A stretch of 64,000 bases of DNA, from NCBI GenBank assembly GCA_013239625.1, contig MU057102.1:248001-312000 (forward strand), in the 5' to 3' direction. Below, piece after piece: positions 13,222 to 26,554 of the stretch. Each line of letters starts with the position of its first letter. The first letter of the stretch is position 1. Both the position numbers and the translations under genes were made by a program. This DNA comes from Lama guanicoe (lineage: Eukaryota). The notes beneath the pieces are model-generated. The model was not told the DNA's origin and searched no databases. It saw only the letters and a list, made by a program, of their open reading frames with translations.

Positions 13222-13340
13222 GAATATGATGACAAGGCTGGACGACCTAGCAGGCCACCCTCTCCAAAGCAGAATGTGAGGAAGAATCTTGATTTCGAGC
13301 CACTTTCCACCACCGCGCTCATCTTGGAAGACAGGCCAGC
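13222..13340 (+). CDS. TBC1D14: TBC1D14 coding exon ([40 protein letters not shown])
   Basis: ttgtcctag acceptor, gtgagt donor; translation matches TBC1D14. Confidence 0.95.
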
Positions 13341-14850
13341 GTGAGTGAGGAGGTGTCTATAGAGGGTTTGCTTTGGGGGAGAAGCATCTTAGCTCATCAC
13401 CTCCTCATTAGAAAAGGACGCTCATGAGGGGAAGAGGGGTCAGCCTGTCCCCACTGCGGGGCCCTCGTCCTTCCCTGTGCTGATGTGTGTTCTAGATGAT
13501 ACCAAATGGCTAATTTGGAAAACTTGCCTTAAGTAGAAGTTTTGACCAGGATTTTCCATTCAGGTGATTTTTCATTTTAATTTAGCATTCACAAATACTT
13601 AGGGAGCTGTTATTAATTACAGACTGGCTGGTAACTGTAAGAAACACACACCAGGAGGTATCTCTAAGCTGGGCACTTTGGAGGCACCTCAGTACTACAG
13701 GACAGTCCCTGGACTAGCCTGCTGCTGCTTTGGGATCTGCAGTGTGGCTGGCTGATCTCAGCAAGTCCCCTCTCCCTCTGGGCATCTGGGTTTCCATGGA
13801 TCTGATGAGGACGTGGACTTTGATGATTGTGTTTGGAGACCTTAGTGGAGTAGAGGGATTGTTCCATTGTACCAGGCCATAGCTTATCTCTGTGTAAGTA
13901 TTGAGTTTCCGTAGAACATTACGTTTGAATAGAAAGATTCCACAGCTTTTCAAAAAGAGAGAGATTATAAAACCTTAGGCTGGAATTCCTAAGGCCCCTG
14001 CCAACCCTGACATTTAATATTGGTGAAATCTAAAGAGGAAATGTTTCTTTTGATAATAATTTTTGGTCCTTGGAAATTGTGGGCTTGTGGGTAGTTGGGA
14101 AGAGAAACCCAGAAATGGAGGATTAAAAAGGTAGGTAGAGGCTGTGGGTAAAATCCAGCGCACTGTGAGGACCAGTCCTTGTAAAGCGCTCCAAAACGTA
14201 GGCTGTGGGAAACCGTGCCCTGTCCTCCTGCAGCCAGGACAGTCGTCCAGATAGCCCGGGGCACAAACAGCCGGACATGGCCACCCTCCCCCTTTCCAAG
14301 GGCCTGGCAAATTCCCCAGCACATTTCTGAAAGAGAGCATGCACTTTATTTTTCTAAACAGGATCTGAAGCTGCACACTACGTTTAGATGTCAGAACTAT
14401 TGTATAAATCTGTATATATATATTAAAGAAAAGAAATGAACCACGTAGCAGGTACTTGCACCCTTGAAAAACTGGCCAGGGAATGTATTCATACGTATAT
14501 GTGGTGCTTGCCATTCGGGTGCTCTGCTGATGATTATCAGTGCGCTGTGGTTGCAGCAGAGTTTCTTAGGAGACTGAAGGGGGGAAACACCCACAAGTTA
14601 AGTGTTTATCTCTGTTGGAATTAGGGGTAATTGCTATTTTCTTCCTTCTGCTAATCTTCATACTTCAGATTTTTTTAAGTGAGCTTATTTTACTTTTGTA
14701 AAAAATATTTTTGGTTTATGAAAGAGCTGCGTCTTTGTCATCTAACAAATGTGGTTTTAGTCTTTGAGCTTTTCGTTTTTTTGTAATGATACTTCACATT
14801 TCACTTATTTAATATTTACAATGGTGAAAAATCATTTATTTTCTGTTAAG

Positions 14851-14933
14851 AAATCTCCCGGCGAAGCCAGCTGAAGAGGCTCAGAAACACAGGCAACAGT
14901 ATGAAGAAATGGTGGTTCAGGCCAAAAAACGAG
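14851..14933 (+). CDS. TBC1D14: TBC1D14 coding exon (NLPAKPAEEAQKHRQQYEEMVVQAKKR)
   Basis: ttctgttaag acceptor, gtaatg donor; frame continuous with neighbouring exons. Confidence 0.95.
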
Positions 14934-15324
14934 GTAATGGAGTTCACATGTGTTTGGGTACATAAGGTGGCACAGGATTTTGTGTCTCTCTGGATATTTT
15001 CTCGTTTTTACATTTTGATGCTCAAGAGCCTGAACTTTGTTGAATGCTTTACTATCTTGATATTTGTAATTTTCCATCAAAAATGTACGTTTCTACTAAT
15101 TGTTCATTCCTGGTAGCTTTACTGAAGAGAATAGCACTTTGAATTACTCTAGGAGAGAGACTGCGTAGGGTAAAAGTCCTAGCTGGAGACGGCCTCGGCC
15201 AGTAGTGATGGCCAGATCTCCTTTCCTCTGGGCTGTTTTTCCTGTTTACAGGAAGATGTGGTGGGATTTGGTAAAGCGCCTTGCAGCACCTAAAAATCCT
15301 TTGCTTCTTGGATGTTTAAAAAGT

Positions 15325-15730
15325 ATGAATAATGAACAAAATGTGGTCCATCCATACAATGGAATATTACTCAGCCTTAAAAAGGAATGAAATTCTGACA
15401 CATGCTACGACATGAAGCTTGAAAACATTATTCTCAGTGAAATAAGCCAGACACAAAAGGACAAATACTATATGATTCCGCTTATATGAGGTCCCCCAAA
15501 TAGTCAGATTCATAGAGACAGAAAGTAGAGTGGAGGTTGTCAGGGACTGTGGGGAGGGGGAATGGGGAACTCAGTGTTTGATGGAGACAGAGTTTGAGTT
15601 TGCCAAGATGAAAAAATTCCTGGGATGAATGGTGGTGATGGTTGCATAATAGGGTGGATATACTTAATGCTGCTGAATGTACACTTAAAGTGGTAAATTT
15701 TATGTTTTGTGTATTGTACCAGAAAAAATA
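15325..15730 (+). mobile_element. L1MB-like 3' end
   Basis: catacaatggaatattactcagccttaaaaaggaatgaaattctgacacatgctac...tacacttaaagtggtaaattttatg + A-tail. Confidence 0.9.
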
Positions 15731-16207
15731 TTAGAAAAGTATATATAAATGAAAATGCATGGTATTTCTCAGGGTCACTATTGTACACTAAGCATTATTC
15801 TTAAACAGAAGTGAGGTTGGAGGTTACATTGGAAAGGGGATTGGGTTGGGGGAGCACAAGAGAGGCTTCTGGTGTTCTGTTAATGTTCTGTCTTCTGACT
15901 GCAGTGGTAGTTTCCTGAGTTTGTCTATTTTGTGATAGCCCTGCTGTGTTCCTGTGTGTGTCCTTTTCTGTATACATGTTACACGGTGTGTATGTTACAA
16001 AAAGCTTACTAAAGGATGAATAATGCCTAAGCATTCTGAATTCCCTACGATATGAAATGAGTCTTGGAAGGTCAGGTTTCATTGCTCTATTTCAGTGCTG
16101 TTTTCCTGGTTTTTATGCAGCATGACTCTGAGAAGAACCACCCAGCTTGAAATTGGTGGACATCAATTAATAGATGTTTTCTTCGTATTTTTACTTGTGA
16201 TTTCCAG

Positions 16208-16325
16208 AGCTGAAAGAAGCCCAGAGGAGGAAAAAGCAGCTGGAAGAAAGATGCAGATTAGAAGACAGTATTGGAAATGCTGTCCTTACCTGGAATAATG
16301 AGATTTTGCCTAACTGGGAAACAAT
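16208..16325 (+). CDS. TBC1D14: TBC1D14 coding exon (ELKEAQRRKKQLEERCRLEDSIGNAVLTWNNEILPNWET)
   Basis: tttccag acceptor, gtaagc donor. Confidence 0.95.
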
Positions 16326-16519
16326 GTAAGCTGTGACACAGTGGGCTCGCTGGGCTGTAAATCACTTCTTGGTAGAATCTGTGCGAAGCAGCTGCATTAG
16401 TTGTGAATCACATCACAACCTTTGATGGAGTTACCTGATGAGGTCAAGGTGCAGAGGCTCCTTCCCCTGCCTCGGTTTGGTCTTGTTCCATATCCACATA
16501 CTGTGACAGCCACCCCACC

Positions 16520-16990
16520 CTGCACACCTTCTAGTTCATGATCTACTCAGCAGCCAGAGGGGTCTTCTAAGGCATGAATCTGTGTCACTTCCATACTTAA
16601 AATTTCAGAAACTTGTGACTCTCAGTGTGAAATGTGAATTGCTTGGCTTAGCTGACAGGACCCTTTGTGAGCTAGCCCGTCCCTTTCTCTGTAGCCTCAC
16701 CTTCCGCTCTCCTTTGCTTGGACAGAGCCCTGTCCTTAGGGAGCCTCAGGGCCTTTGCACATCTCACTCTCTACTTAAGAGTGCTCTTGTCCTGTAACTC
16801 CTCATCCAGTTAACACTTTGTCCTTCAAGGTTCAGTCCCTTGGAGAAGACTTTGCTGCCCTCGCCCTGGCTCCAGGTGCCTGTAGAAGACCCCCTCTGAG
16901 TACACTGTATCCGTCTGCTCAAGCTTCTGTTGCTCTCTGTCTCAGGATGGGCACTGGGTCTGCTTTGGTGACAACCCCCTGTACCCAGTA
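16520..16990 (+). mobile_element. L2 LINE fragment
   Basis: cagcagccagagggg...ctcagggcctttgcacat pattern typical of the L2 3' region. Confidence 0.55.
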
Positions 16991-18396
16991 GAGTCTGGCA
17001 GCTGCTGTCATCTTTACATCTGAGGGACAGATGTAGATCTTTCTTTCTGTGTGGCCAGAACAGTTAGCATGTGGACAACAGTCCCAGGCCGTGTGCAAGG
17101 GCTTGTGGCTGTTTTGGGGGCTCCCCGGTCTGCAGGAGCTGTGGGGAGCTTGGATGCCAGTTTCCTTTTAGCTCTTGTCCTTTCAACCTGACCTGTATGT
17201 TGGGATGTTGGGGACTTGCTCTAGCGCTTCCCTGGGTGTCACTCACTCATTACGGGGCTGGGTGACCCTGTTGCGCATCTGCACTAGGAAAACAGGCTGT
17301 TCCCGGAGCCTGGTTTTCTAGGCAGTGTCTCTAACAGGGTGGACGTGGTCAGGAAACACTTTTTCTCGAACGGAACTCACTGACAAGAGTTAAGGTCCTC
17401 AGAGCCCTTGGACTGTCTCCCTGTGTGGCTGCAGACCCCACCCTGGTCCATCCGACGCTGACAGAGGCTTGCTGCGATCCAGCGCAGGCAGTCGTAAGAG
17501 AACTGCCACTTAATGGCCCCGCTGGCGCCAGGCCCTGTGGCAGGTGCCCTTGGGCTTTACCTGACTTGACCCTCGCAGCAGCCCCGTGGGGGTGGGGGGG
17601 TTCGTCACCTTGGTGTTAGGGAGAAGGATACCGAGGGAGAGGAGAAGTTTGCTTCAGTTCCACAGGTCAGGGTGCAGTGAGGATGCAGCCCTGCTGCCTG
17701 CAGCGTCAGCCCATGCCCTCCCACTGTGCTGTGTCAGGAAGCCCTGTGTTGGGAGTCTTTGGCACCTACATGTTTGTCCCAGTCTGTTAGCGGTGTGTGC
17801 TCGTTGTGACCCGCAGACCTCAACGACTTCGGGCAGCTCAGAGTGTTCTGAGTTAGCTTTCGGCAGCTCGCTACCGAGTCCCTTGCCTGTGTGCAGCAGT
17901 GCAGCGGTTGGCGGCCATGCTCTTGGGCTCACTTCACGAGGCCCCTTGGGGTCCGCCCTCACCTGCAGCTGTGCGGCAGTGCCTCCTGGCGCCCCACCCT
18001 GTGCCCAGCTGTTTGCGGTTCCTGTATCAGGCCAGGTTATTTCTTGTTGCTGTGCTTTCTGCTCACAGAGTCCTTCCCATCCTTCATCTGCTTAAATTGC
18101 TACTGGTCACTCAGAATTTGGCTCCAGAATGGTGCCCTGGGCCCCATGGTTTGTGGTGCCCGTCTCTGGGTATGCAGTGCCTTTGGCCTCCCCTGTCACA
18201 GTAGTTGCCTGGTGGAAGGTAGCCTTGGTCTCCTGGTCTGTATGGACCTGGACTGTAGGGTGCCTGAGGCCAGGGGCTGTGACATACGACTGTATACACC
18301 CACTTCTGTGGTTCGGGGTTAGGCACATGGGTGGACAAGCATTTCTTCACTGAGAACAGACTCGTGAACTCCGTTTTTGCTTCCATTTTTATCCAG

Positions 18397-18503
18397 GTGG
18401 TGCTCTAGGAAAGTTCGAGATTTATGGTGGCAGGGGATCCCTCCCAGCGTGAGAGGCAAAGTCTGGAGCTTAGCCATTGGCAACGAGTTAAATATCACCC
18501 ATG
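18397..18503 (+). CDS. TBC1D14: TBC1D14 coding exon, start of TBC domain ([35 protein letters not shown])
   Basis: tttatccag acceptor, gtgagt donor; GIPxxxRGxVW TBC signature. Confidence 0.96.
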
Positions 18504-21500
18504 GTGAGTGGCCTGTGTGATCCTAGGCTCGGGGAGTCCACCCCTGGGTCCTGTGGCTTCTCCTGTCCCATCTACCCTGTTAGGAAGAAAGGCAGCCATT
18601 GCCACAAAGCTGTGTCTTTTGAGGGGCCAGATGAGTGTGTCTTCCAGGAGGGCAGCGGGTGGGGAGGCCTGGGTTCACTCCTGGTGCTTCAGTTTTCTGG
18701 TTCGGAGCAAATGCCTGCCTTCTTCCTGATACCTGTCATCTTCCCCGAGTGCACGGGGTAGCACGTACGGGTCTCAGAGCATCTCTTCTCGGTGTCCTGT
18801 AGAAAGCAAGCCTCAGTGGGGACATGAAAATGTAAGGGAGGTGGGTGTTTCCTTCTGTGGAGGTCCTGTATTTGGGGCGCTGTTGGTTTTTTGTGGCATT
18901 TTCCTCCCAGGCCTCTCATGTATAAGCGCCTTAGAGGGGACAACACACTGTGCTCGGACTGGGTCCTTGAGGGTCTAGAACCGTGTGTCCAGAGAGAAGT
19001 GAGATGTGTACTTCCCTTCCTGAGGCCCCACCACAGCATTCCCTGGGCTCCTTGCCCTCTCTGCCAGCTGTGGTGCAGGGTGAAACCAACACCAGGAGGT
19101 CACAGACTTACAACTAAGTGTTAGTAAGTGGGAATCATTGCTTAGTACTGTGTCCTCTGTCTGCAGTCTAAGCTGCTGAGGATAGAAACTCCTTAACTGT
19201 CTTCTTTATATTAGCGCCCAGTCTGTGGAGTTGTGGAGTTGGTGGTGGCAACTTTTGCCCTGTTGAAGGCCTTTGAGCTGAAAATAGACTGATGTGTGCC
19301 TTCCCTGTGTAGCTCGGGTTCATCTTGTTACCGCGCTCTTTATTTTGTAAGACTTCGATCTTACCCTGTGATTGGAGCCTTGGCTGGCGGTGTTCTCCAT
19401 CTTGACTGGTGGCAGCTGCTTGGGTGGATGGTGACTGGTTTCTGTTCATGTGATCATCGCGAAGTTCCATTTCTTGGCTGACCCATACCTGCCAAAACCT
19501 TAATGTTTTTACGTGAGAAGATGTGTATCATTTAACTCGTGGAAATAGGTTTTAACAAGCTTTCCTGAAAGTAGAGGTTGGAAGACATGGCTGACCGTTT
19601 GTCTCGGTCCTCGTTCCTGAAAATTTCTAAACTCTCTGCCAGCAGCTCTAAGCCAGTTGAATGTAATGCAGAGTTCTGCATGTGTGTGTATGTCTTTAAT
19701 TTTTGGTTCTCCCTGGTGGCTGCACTGATTTTATTTAAATTAAAATCTTCTATGGACCATATCATAGTACATTGGGTTAAACAACTAATTAGTCAATTAT
19801 ATGTCTTGAAAGTTTGTCTAAATTTTGATATTGGCTCATTGTATTTGCATTGTGCCTGTCTTGTGTGGTTGTCTGCCTGTTACTGGTTGTCCCCTAGAGC
19901 AGGTGCTCTGGACGCTGGGGCCTCACCTGTGACGCTCTCCGTTCTGTCGCTGAGCCCAGCACAGCTCTCTGCACAAGGCAGGCCCTCAGGAAGTGTTTGC
20001 TGAGTGAATGAGTGAATGCCACCTTATTGGGTCCTACTTAATCTCAGTTTTACTGCATATTCAAGCGAGTGTGAGAACACAGGTCATCTCAAGGTCTGCT
20101 GTGAGGCTAGGCATCGTACTGGGCTCTTTGCTCCCATCTTACTTAACAACAAGCGCAGTCTGAGGGGCAGGTGGTGTTGACCTTATTTCTCTGCTGAGCA
20201 TCTAGCATCCTGAAAAGGTCAGGGACCGTGCCCCAGCCTCATGGCCAGTGTATGGTGGAGCTGGGACGTTCTGGCCTCAGCTGACTCTGAAGCCTGTGTT
20301 GTGATTTGGGAAGCCCCAGAGTTTTGTTCTTTCTGTGGTTGTGCAATTGGAAACTTACTGAAAGTCGACCTAATGGTGCTGTTAAAACTTCACTCGTAGG
20401 GAAGTCAGCCTTGTACTTTGAAACTGGGTCAGGGAAGAAGGTGTATTCACTGTTCTAACTTCTCCCCTCCTCACAGGCACACACTAGTAAAACCAAGGGA
20501 TGTTTTAAAACCTGATACTTTTGACCCATTTCACCCCGAGACTGCCAGCATCTGTGCTTTAACTGTCGAAACCTCATTTGGGAAGTGGGACCACACAGTT
20601 GTTTTCCTTCACCTCCTGCCAAAATGATCAAAGCTAAGCCCAACTCCTGGGAACTGAGAGCGGGCAGAGGCTCCCAGACCCTCTAGCCTCCAGCTCAGCA
20701 CTCCTCCAGATCTGTCCCTTAAGCATTTGAATGAGGATGCTTGTTGCTGCCTTTCAGGTGCTGACATCAACATGCAGTTTTATTTCATAGTTGCACTGCG
20801 CTTACGGACTCTCATAGATTGTGGGTCAGATCATCACAAGGTTAGAAAAGGGTTGTTAATCAAAATTTTACTTACTGGAACACAATAGTATTACTAGAAT
20901 TTGATTTATATTTTAATAAAACAGCATATACTATCCAGAAGGCAGATGTGCTCTGCTTTATTTTCCAAAAGTTTGATGGAAAAAATAAAGTTACAGAAAT
21001 TCTCTGAGTAGCTGTAATTAAAGTCTTAGTGATCAACTAGTGAGTGTTCGCAATCCAGGGCAACCGATGGCTGGGGAGCATCCGGGCCGGGGAAGGCGGG
21101 GGGGTCTCTGTGGGGTCAGTCTTCATTTTCGCTCTTTCAGGAAGACTGGGGCGTGGATATACCACGGAGGTCTGTGTGTAACAGTGAAATCTGTGCGCAG
21201 AGTTAGTATTTCACCATTGCCAAACTACCCAAAGAGAAGAATTATTGAAAAATAAGTTCCAAATATGGGTGAGACATGGAGGCTGCCTTATGGGAGACCT
21301 GCCTTGGCACCTCTCTGCCAACAAGAATCCTCATTTTCTTTTTTTTTTAACTTCTGCCTGTGTTGCTTGCATCGCTGCCCCCTTTCAGGCAGCATGTTCA
21401 GGAAGACTGGGCCAGGGAGTAGCGGTTCCATTTTGTCTTTATTTAAAACCAGATGGCTTTTCTGCTTGTCTCTCGCTTTCTTCATCTGTCAGATACTCAT

Positions 21501-21873
21501 TGATTGTACTGATTTGTGTCAATCCCAGTGCTGTTTGCTCTGGATACAAATATGAACAACAGACCCTCCCAGTCTCACTGGAGCTCACAGTCTAATAGAG
21601 GCGATAGACTCACAAATACATCGAAGCAAAACAGTTGATGGGTGGGTTGTGTAATCTAAGTAAACACCACGCAGAGTGGCATTTTGTGTGTCTCTTTGTA
21701 TTTGGTGGTGTCTTCAGACATCAGCGCCCTCAGGCTAAGTGGGGGATTGTTTAAGTAGCCTTAGCTGTAGTTGAACTTTAAACATTTGAATGAGGCAGTG
21801 TGTACTCTCTGGTGTTTTCAAGGAGGCATACTCACGTGTGCACTTGATACTTACCCAGAGGCTTTTCTTCCAG

Positions 21874-21954
21874 AACTCTTTGACATCTGTCTTGCCCGAG
21901 CCAAGGAGAGGTGGCGGTCCTTTAGCACAGGAGGCTCTGAAGTGGACAGTGAAG
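21874..21954 (+). CDS. TBC1D14: TBC1D14 coding exon (ELFDICLARAKERWRSFSTGGSEVDSE)
   Basis: ttcttccag acceptor, gtatgt donor; 81 nt. Confidence 0.95.
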
Positions 21955-22910
21955 GTATGTATGATGCTAACACACCTGTGGGCTCCTTCGGTCACATATG
22001 TATGTCATTATTTATTACATAATGAAGAAAATTTACTTAACTGAAATAGTGGTTTGTGCAAAATATAAACGCTTCATGGCAAAAGGGATTTTTTAGAGCA
22101 AACAAATTAAAGAAAGAAACTTTTATAAGAAAGATAATACCAATTCCTGAGAGTTGAGTGTGTCCTAAGATGCTGGAAGGCTGATCATCACCAGTTTTGT
22201 TTCCTTTATTCACTATTCACATGATTTACAGTAGCCTGGCACCCAGGATCGCTTGAGAGCTGGTTTATTGAGGAACCGCTTCCACAGAGACAAGAAAAAC
22301 AGCGTATTTCCTAGATTATGCTTTTAGAATTTTCCATAACACACGAGAATGGTTGTGATGACCTCTGTTAGTTGAGTGGTGTCTTTTTTGCTGACCTGCC
22401 TTTATGCTGTCTGTGTGGTATTAGAATTAAAAAGCATAAAGCAAGTTACTCATACGTGCTCATTAGAGATGGTGCGCATGAGTGCTGTGCTGCAGTAGCT
22501 CCCATGTGCTCTCAGTTCATCCCAGTGATGCTCTAGATCAAATAATGGGTTTTTTTGTGTTTTCTGTGCCTGGAATCCATTTGTGTGTCTGTCGCCTTAC
22601 TTGTCCTCACTTCCGTGACAGTTGTTGGCAAAGGTAATATCAAATCAGATTTTGATTTCACACTCTGGAAAGTATCTGATGATGATCTAGCATTAGATGG
22701 TGCTGTGAGATTTTTGCCCTTAAAGCAAGAAACTCTACAAACTGGTGTAAACTCTACAAACTGTTGATCCTGTTGGTTCAGGTGGTAATTAGGTCCATGT
22801 ACTTCTGAAGAACTTCCTTTTCTTGTTTCGTTCTCATAAAAGTTCAAAGCCTTGTAGCTGCTCCACACACTTGCCTCTGAGAGGTGTGATGACTGTTGAT
22901 CTTTTGACAG

Positions 22911-23005
22911 ATGCTGGTTTTTCAGCAGCAGACAGAGAAGCCAGCCTGGAGCTTATTAAACTGGACATTTCCAGAACCTTCCCTAATCTCTGCATTTTCC
23001 AGCAA
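22911..23005 (+). CDS. TBC1D14: TBC1D14 coding exon with Arg-finger motif (DAGFSAADREASLELIKLDISRTFPNLCIFQQ)
   Basis: ttttgacag acceptor, gtaggt donor; IxxDxxRT motif. Confidence 0.95.
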
Positions 23006-24877
23006 GTAGGTGGTGGTGATTTGTTACTTTCAGTATGTTTTGTCTGGAATTCACAGGTGCCAAATTGCACATATTTGTGATCAAGTTTGAAAAGTACTAG
23101 GGCTTTTTGGCGAGAGGGCAGGTCTTATGTTGATCTATGTAGAGTTTTAAAAATAAGGGTAACTGATTCTTTCCAACAAGTATTTAGTATGACTTTGAGA
23201 TACCCAGTCTGGTTCTGTTATGCCCATGTACCCACTAGGGAACCATTAAAGGAAAGTGGAATAAATTAGAACAAATCAGTTAGTGGTTGCCTAGAATGAG
23301 CCAGGAGGTGTAGAGGTTAGACAGGTGGGCTTTGCAGAAATGTGGGTGTGTCCCGGGTACTCTGACAAGCACAGACAGGTAATGGTTCACTCTCCTGGTC
23401 CACGTACAGCAGCCAGGAGAGGGCAGGGATGAGGGGTCAGGCATGCTCACTGAGGAAGTGGCTCTTGGGCTGTGATTGGACCAGGTTCGAATGACAGTCT
23501 GACCGGAGGATGGGAGAGACATCCCAGGCAGGAGGAGGACCAGAATGGAGCCATCAAACAGCTGATAGTTCAGGGAATCCTCAGTTCCGTGGACTGGCGG
23601 CTGCTCTGTTTGAGGTAGCAGCCAGCTGCAGGGCAGTCTGTGCTCTGGAGGAGAGAGAGTATAAGGGCAGGGCTCTGCCGAGAAGGGCCGTCCGAGAACC
23701 GGGCCGGTGCCTGAAGGGTGCCCACGGCCAGATGTCTCCCTCAGTCTGTGGTTCCCAAAGTTCTAGATTTCAAAAATGGGCAATGTTTAAAAAAAAAAAA
23801 GTGGTGTGGGGAACTATGAAATGTCCAGAACAAGTTAAGGGCATTTGAAACGAGAAACTGCCATCTACTAGCACCATCTTTCATCAAAGAAAGGACATTT
23901 AGCACCAGAGTAAGGAGGACGTAATCAGGAGGAGGGCGCAAAGTCTTCCAAATTAAGAACACGTAGCTCTAAGGAAAGGCCAGTGCAGTACCTTTGCTTT
24001 TTCCTCCTTTGTCCTTAGACCGGATACCCCTTGGTGACAGTCGCGCTGGTCCTCAGGTGATGCGGCCCCAGGACCCCCCTCATCCCCCCTTACCCTCTTA
24101 GCCCTGGGTGTCATCTTTTTTACCTTCCATTGCTGTTTTATCCCTCTGTGATTTGGAAGGGTCTCTTCTTTTTATATGTCAGAATGGGATGGCCGGGCCA
24201 GGGCGTTCTCATGTACACGTGGCAGACGTGGGCCTGAGCCATGATCTGGGCCGAGCCTGTGTCTCCCACGTTCACATCAGTGTGAGGTGCCTCCGAGCTT
24301 CCTTCCATGCTCTGTTAGAGCAAAGAAATTCCAACACTTAAATTTTTGGAAGAAGTTACAGGAACAAATGGAAATCTTGGAGGGATGGGGGAGCTGGGAG
24401 AACATTTGGAATAAAATGGTAGCTATTCGGACTTAAAAAGTCAGAGTGTGTTTCCTAAACCTGCCGTCCTGAGAAACACAAACAGAGAGTGACAAGCAGG
24501 GGAGAGGGGGCAGAGGCAGGAAGACGGTGAGCTCTCCCTCCTCTGAAGGACCCTGGGGCACCTGGTCTCCCTTGAACTCTAAAGGGGAAATGCAGTTACA
24601 CAGCAGGGGCCAAATTAGGGCTGTTTTTCTAGCGCTGTGCTCACACCTGACCCACCAGCTCACTTCAGCGCAGCTTCGCAGACCAAGCTGCAGACGGGCC
24701 TTGTTAACTGCAGGTTGCTAGTTAATCTGTCAAGTTGCACGTACGTGTTGAGCTGCTAGCGTAACGCTTGTCATCTAGTCCTCCTGGTACACGGGGGGCG
24801 TGATTGGCGGCGGCAGGAGCGAGTCCAAGCACTAACACGATTGACGCATGCTGTCCCTGCTGTGTTGGTCCCTGTAG

Positions 24878-24949
24878 GGTGGGCCGTACCACGACATGCT
24901 GCACAGCATTCTGGGCGCTTACACTTGTTATCGACCGGATGTGGGCTAT
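24878..24949 (+). CDS. TBC1D14: TBC1D14 coding exon ([24 protein letters not shown])
   Basis: ccctgtag acceptor, gtaagt donor; 72 nt. Confidence 0.95.
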
Positions 24950-25632
24950 GTAAGTGAACTTTTTGAATACTTTATGATGTTCTCATCTAGAAAGAAAGTC
25001 AGAATGTTGGCCAGCACACTGTAGCTGCAGGTGTCAGGTTGAATGCCCCCGTTTTTTTGTTGAGTATGAAACGTCTCACAGTAAATGATTTGCCTCAGTT
25101 TCCTCGCAGGGAAGTTGAGCTGACGTGGCTGCTCTGTGGCATTAATCACATTTTAATGGGATTTGACTTCCATTTTTTGCATGTGATTTTTTTCAGCATT
25201 AAGTCAGAAGCGCTTTTAGCAGTGACTGCGTTTGACGCTGTGCTGCTGCTGCGCCTGCAGCTTGGCAGACGCGTGTGCGCAGTTTTAGAGTGACGCGTTT
25301 GGTTAGACGCACATTTCTATGGCACCAGGAAGCCCTATGTTGCAGAGGGCGGCATCTCAGATGCAGGAGGGGCTGGTCATGGTTTTCCCCATATTGCGGG
25401 TGGGGCTGGAGCAGTGCACGCAGGTGGGTGATGGGGCAGAGCGGCGGTTCCCAGCAAGGCCAGGCCAGTACGGAGAGGGCTGTCGGTTCAGCCTCCGGCG
25501 GGTGGCCATGGGCGGGTGCAGTGTGGATCCTTCCAGTGTGAGGGATTTAGGTTCCTCTTCCAGTAAGATGGCAGAGCTGTTCTGACTGTGGTAACTGCCT
25601 CAGTGTAATCCCCATTTCTCTCCTCCTCTCAG

Positions 25633-25761
25633 GTTCAGGGCATGTCCTTCATAGCGGCCGTGTTGATCCTGAACTTAGATACTGCAGATGCCTTCATTGC
25701 TTTTTCTAATCTTTTGAATAAACCATGTCAAATGGCATTTTTTCGAGTGGACCATGGCCTT
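25633..25761 (+). CDS. TBC1D14: TBC1D14 coding exon with Gln finger ([43 protein letters not shown])
   Basis: cctctcag acceptor, gtaagt donor; completes the GYxQGM motif. Confidence 0.95.
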
Positions 25762-26554
25762 GTAAGTATCCCCGGTGTGTGTTGTGCCCTGGGTACTGTG
25801 TTTTCACACAGCAAGAGGGGCCTAATCATTCTTTCTCTTCAGGGGGAAAAATAGTACATTTTTCCTCCACTAAGATACTCAGAATAAGTAGCACTACATG
25901 ACGTGGAGGATTTTTTGGGTGTTGTGCTGAACTTCAAAAGCACGTGATTAATAGCCATATGAAAAAATTTCTTAATGCACCCTTTCGGAAAATATTTCTG
26001 AAAATATATTCCAGCATGCACACCATGTGTCCAAGCAGAAGCCCCAGAGCAGCCCCACGTCGGGGTCTGCCTCACGCAGCATGCTCATACACAGGAGAGG
26101 AGACGGGCTTAAGACCGGCTCCTCCATCTGACGGAAGGAAGAAATGAGTGGCTGGAAGGAGTTGGCAGTCCTTGCCCTGGGGAGGTCCCACTCGCTCCTG
26201 GAGGTGGGACCACTGCCTGGTGCAGACAAGGAAGTGAGGCTCAGGAGTGGTAGGCCTCGGTCGAGGCATGTATCTGGTCTGTGGAGAGCCGCACTGGACC
26301 CCTCTGCTTCCTAAGCCTGTGTTCTTCCTGTAGCCCAGGAGGGAGGTCACCGATGCACCAGACCCACCCGCTTTGTAGTAAGCATTGTCTGGGTTTGCTG
26401 GTCGTTTGCTGACACTTGCTGATAATTGTCACTAGTATTTCAGACCTAAAAGGATCTAATAGTTCAGAACAGCTAGAGAATGTTTCTTCCTTGATGTCTT
26501 AAGGACTCCTGAGTATATCTTGCTCAGGCTGTTACATACATTTTTTTTTTAAGT

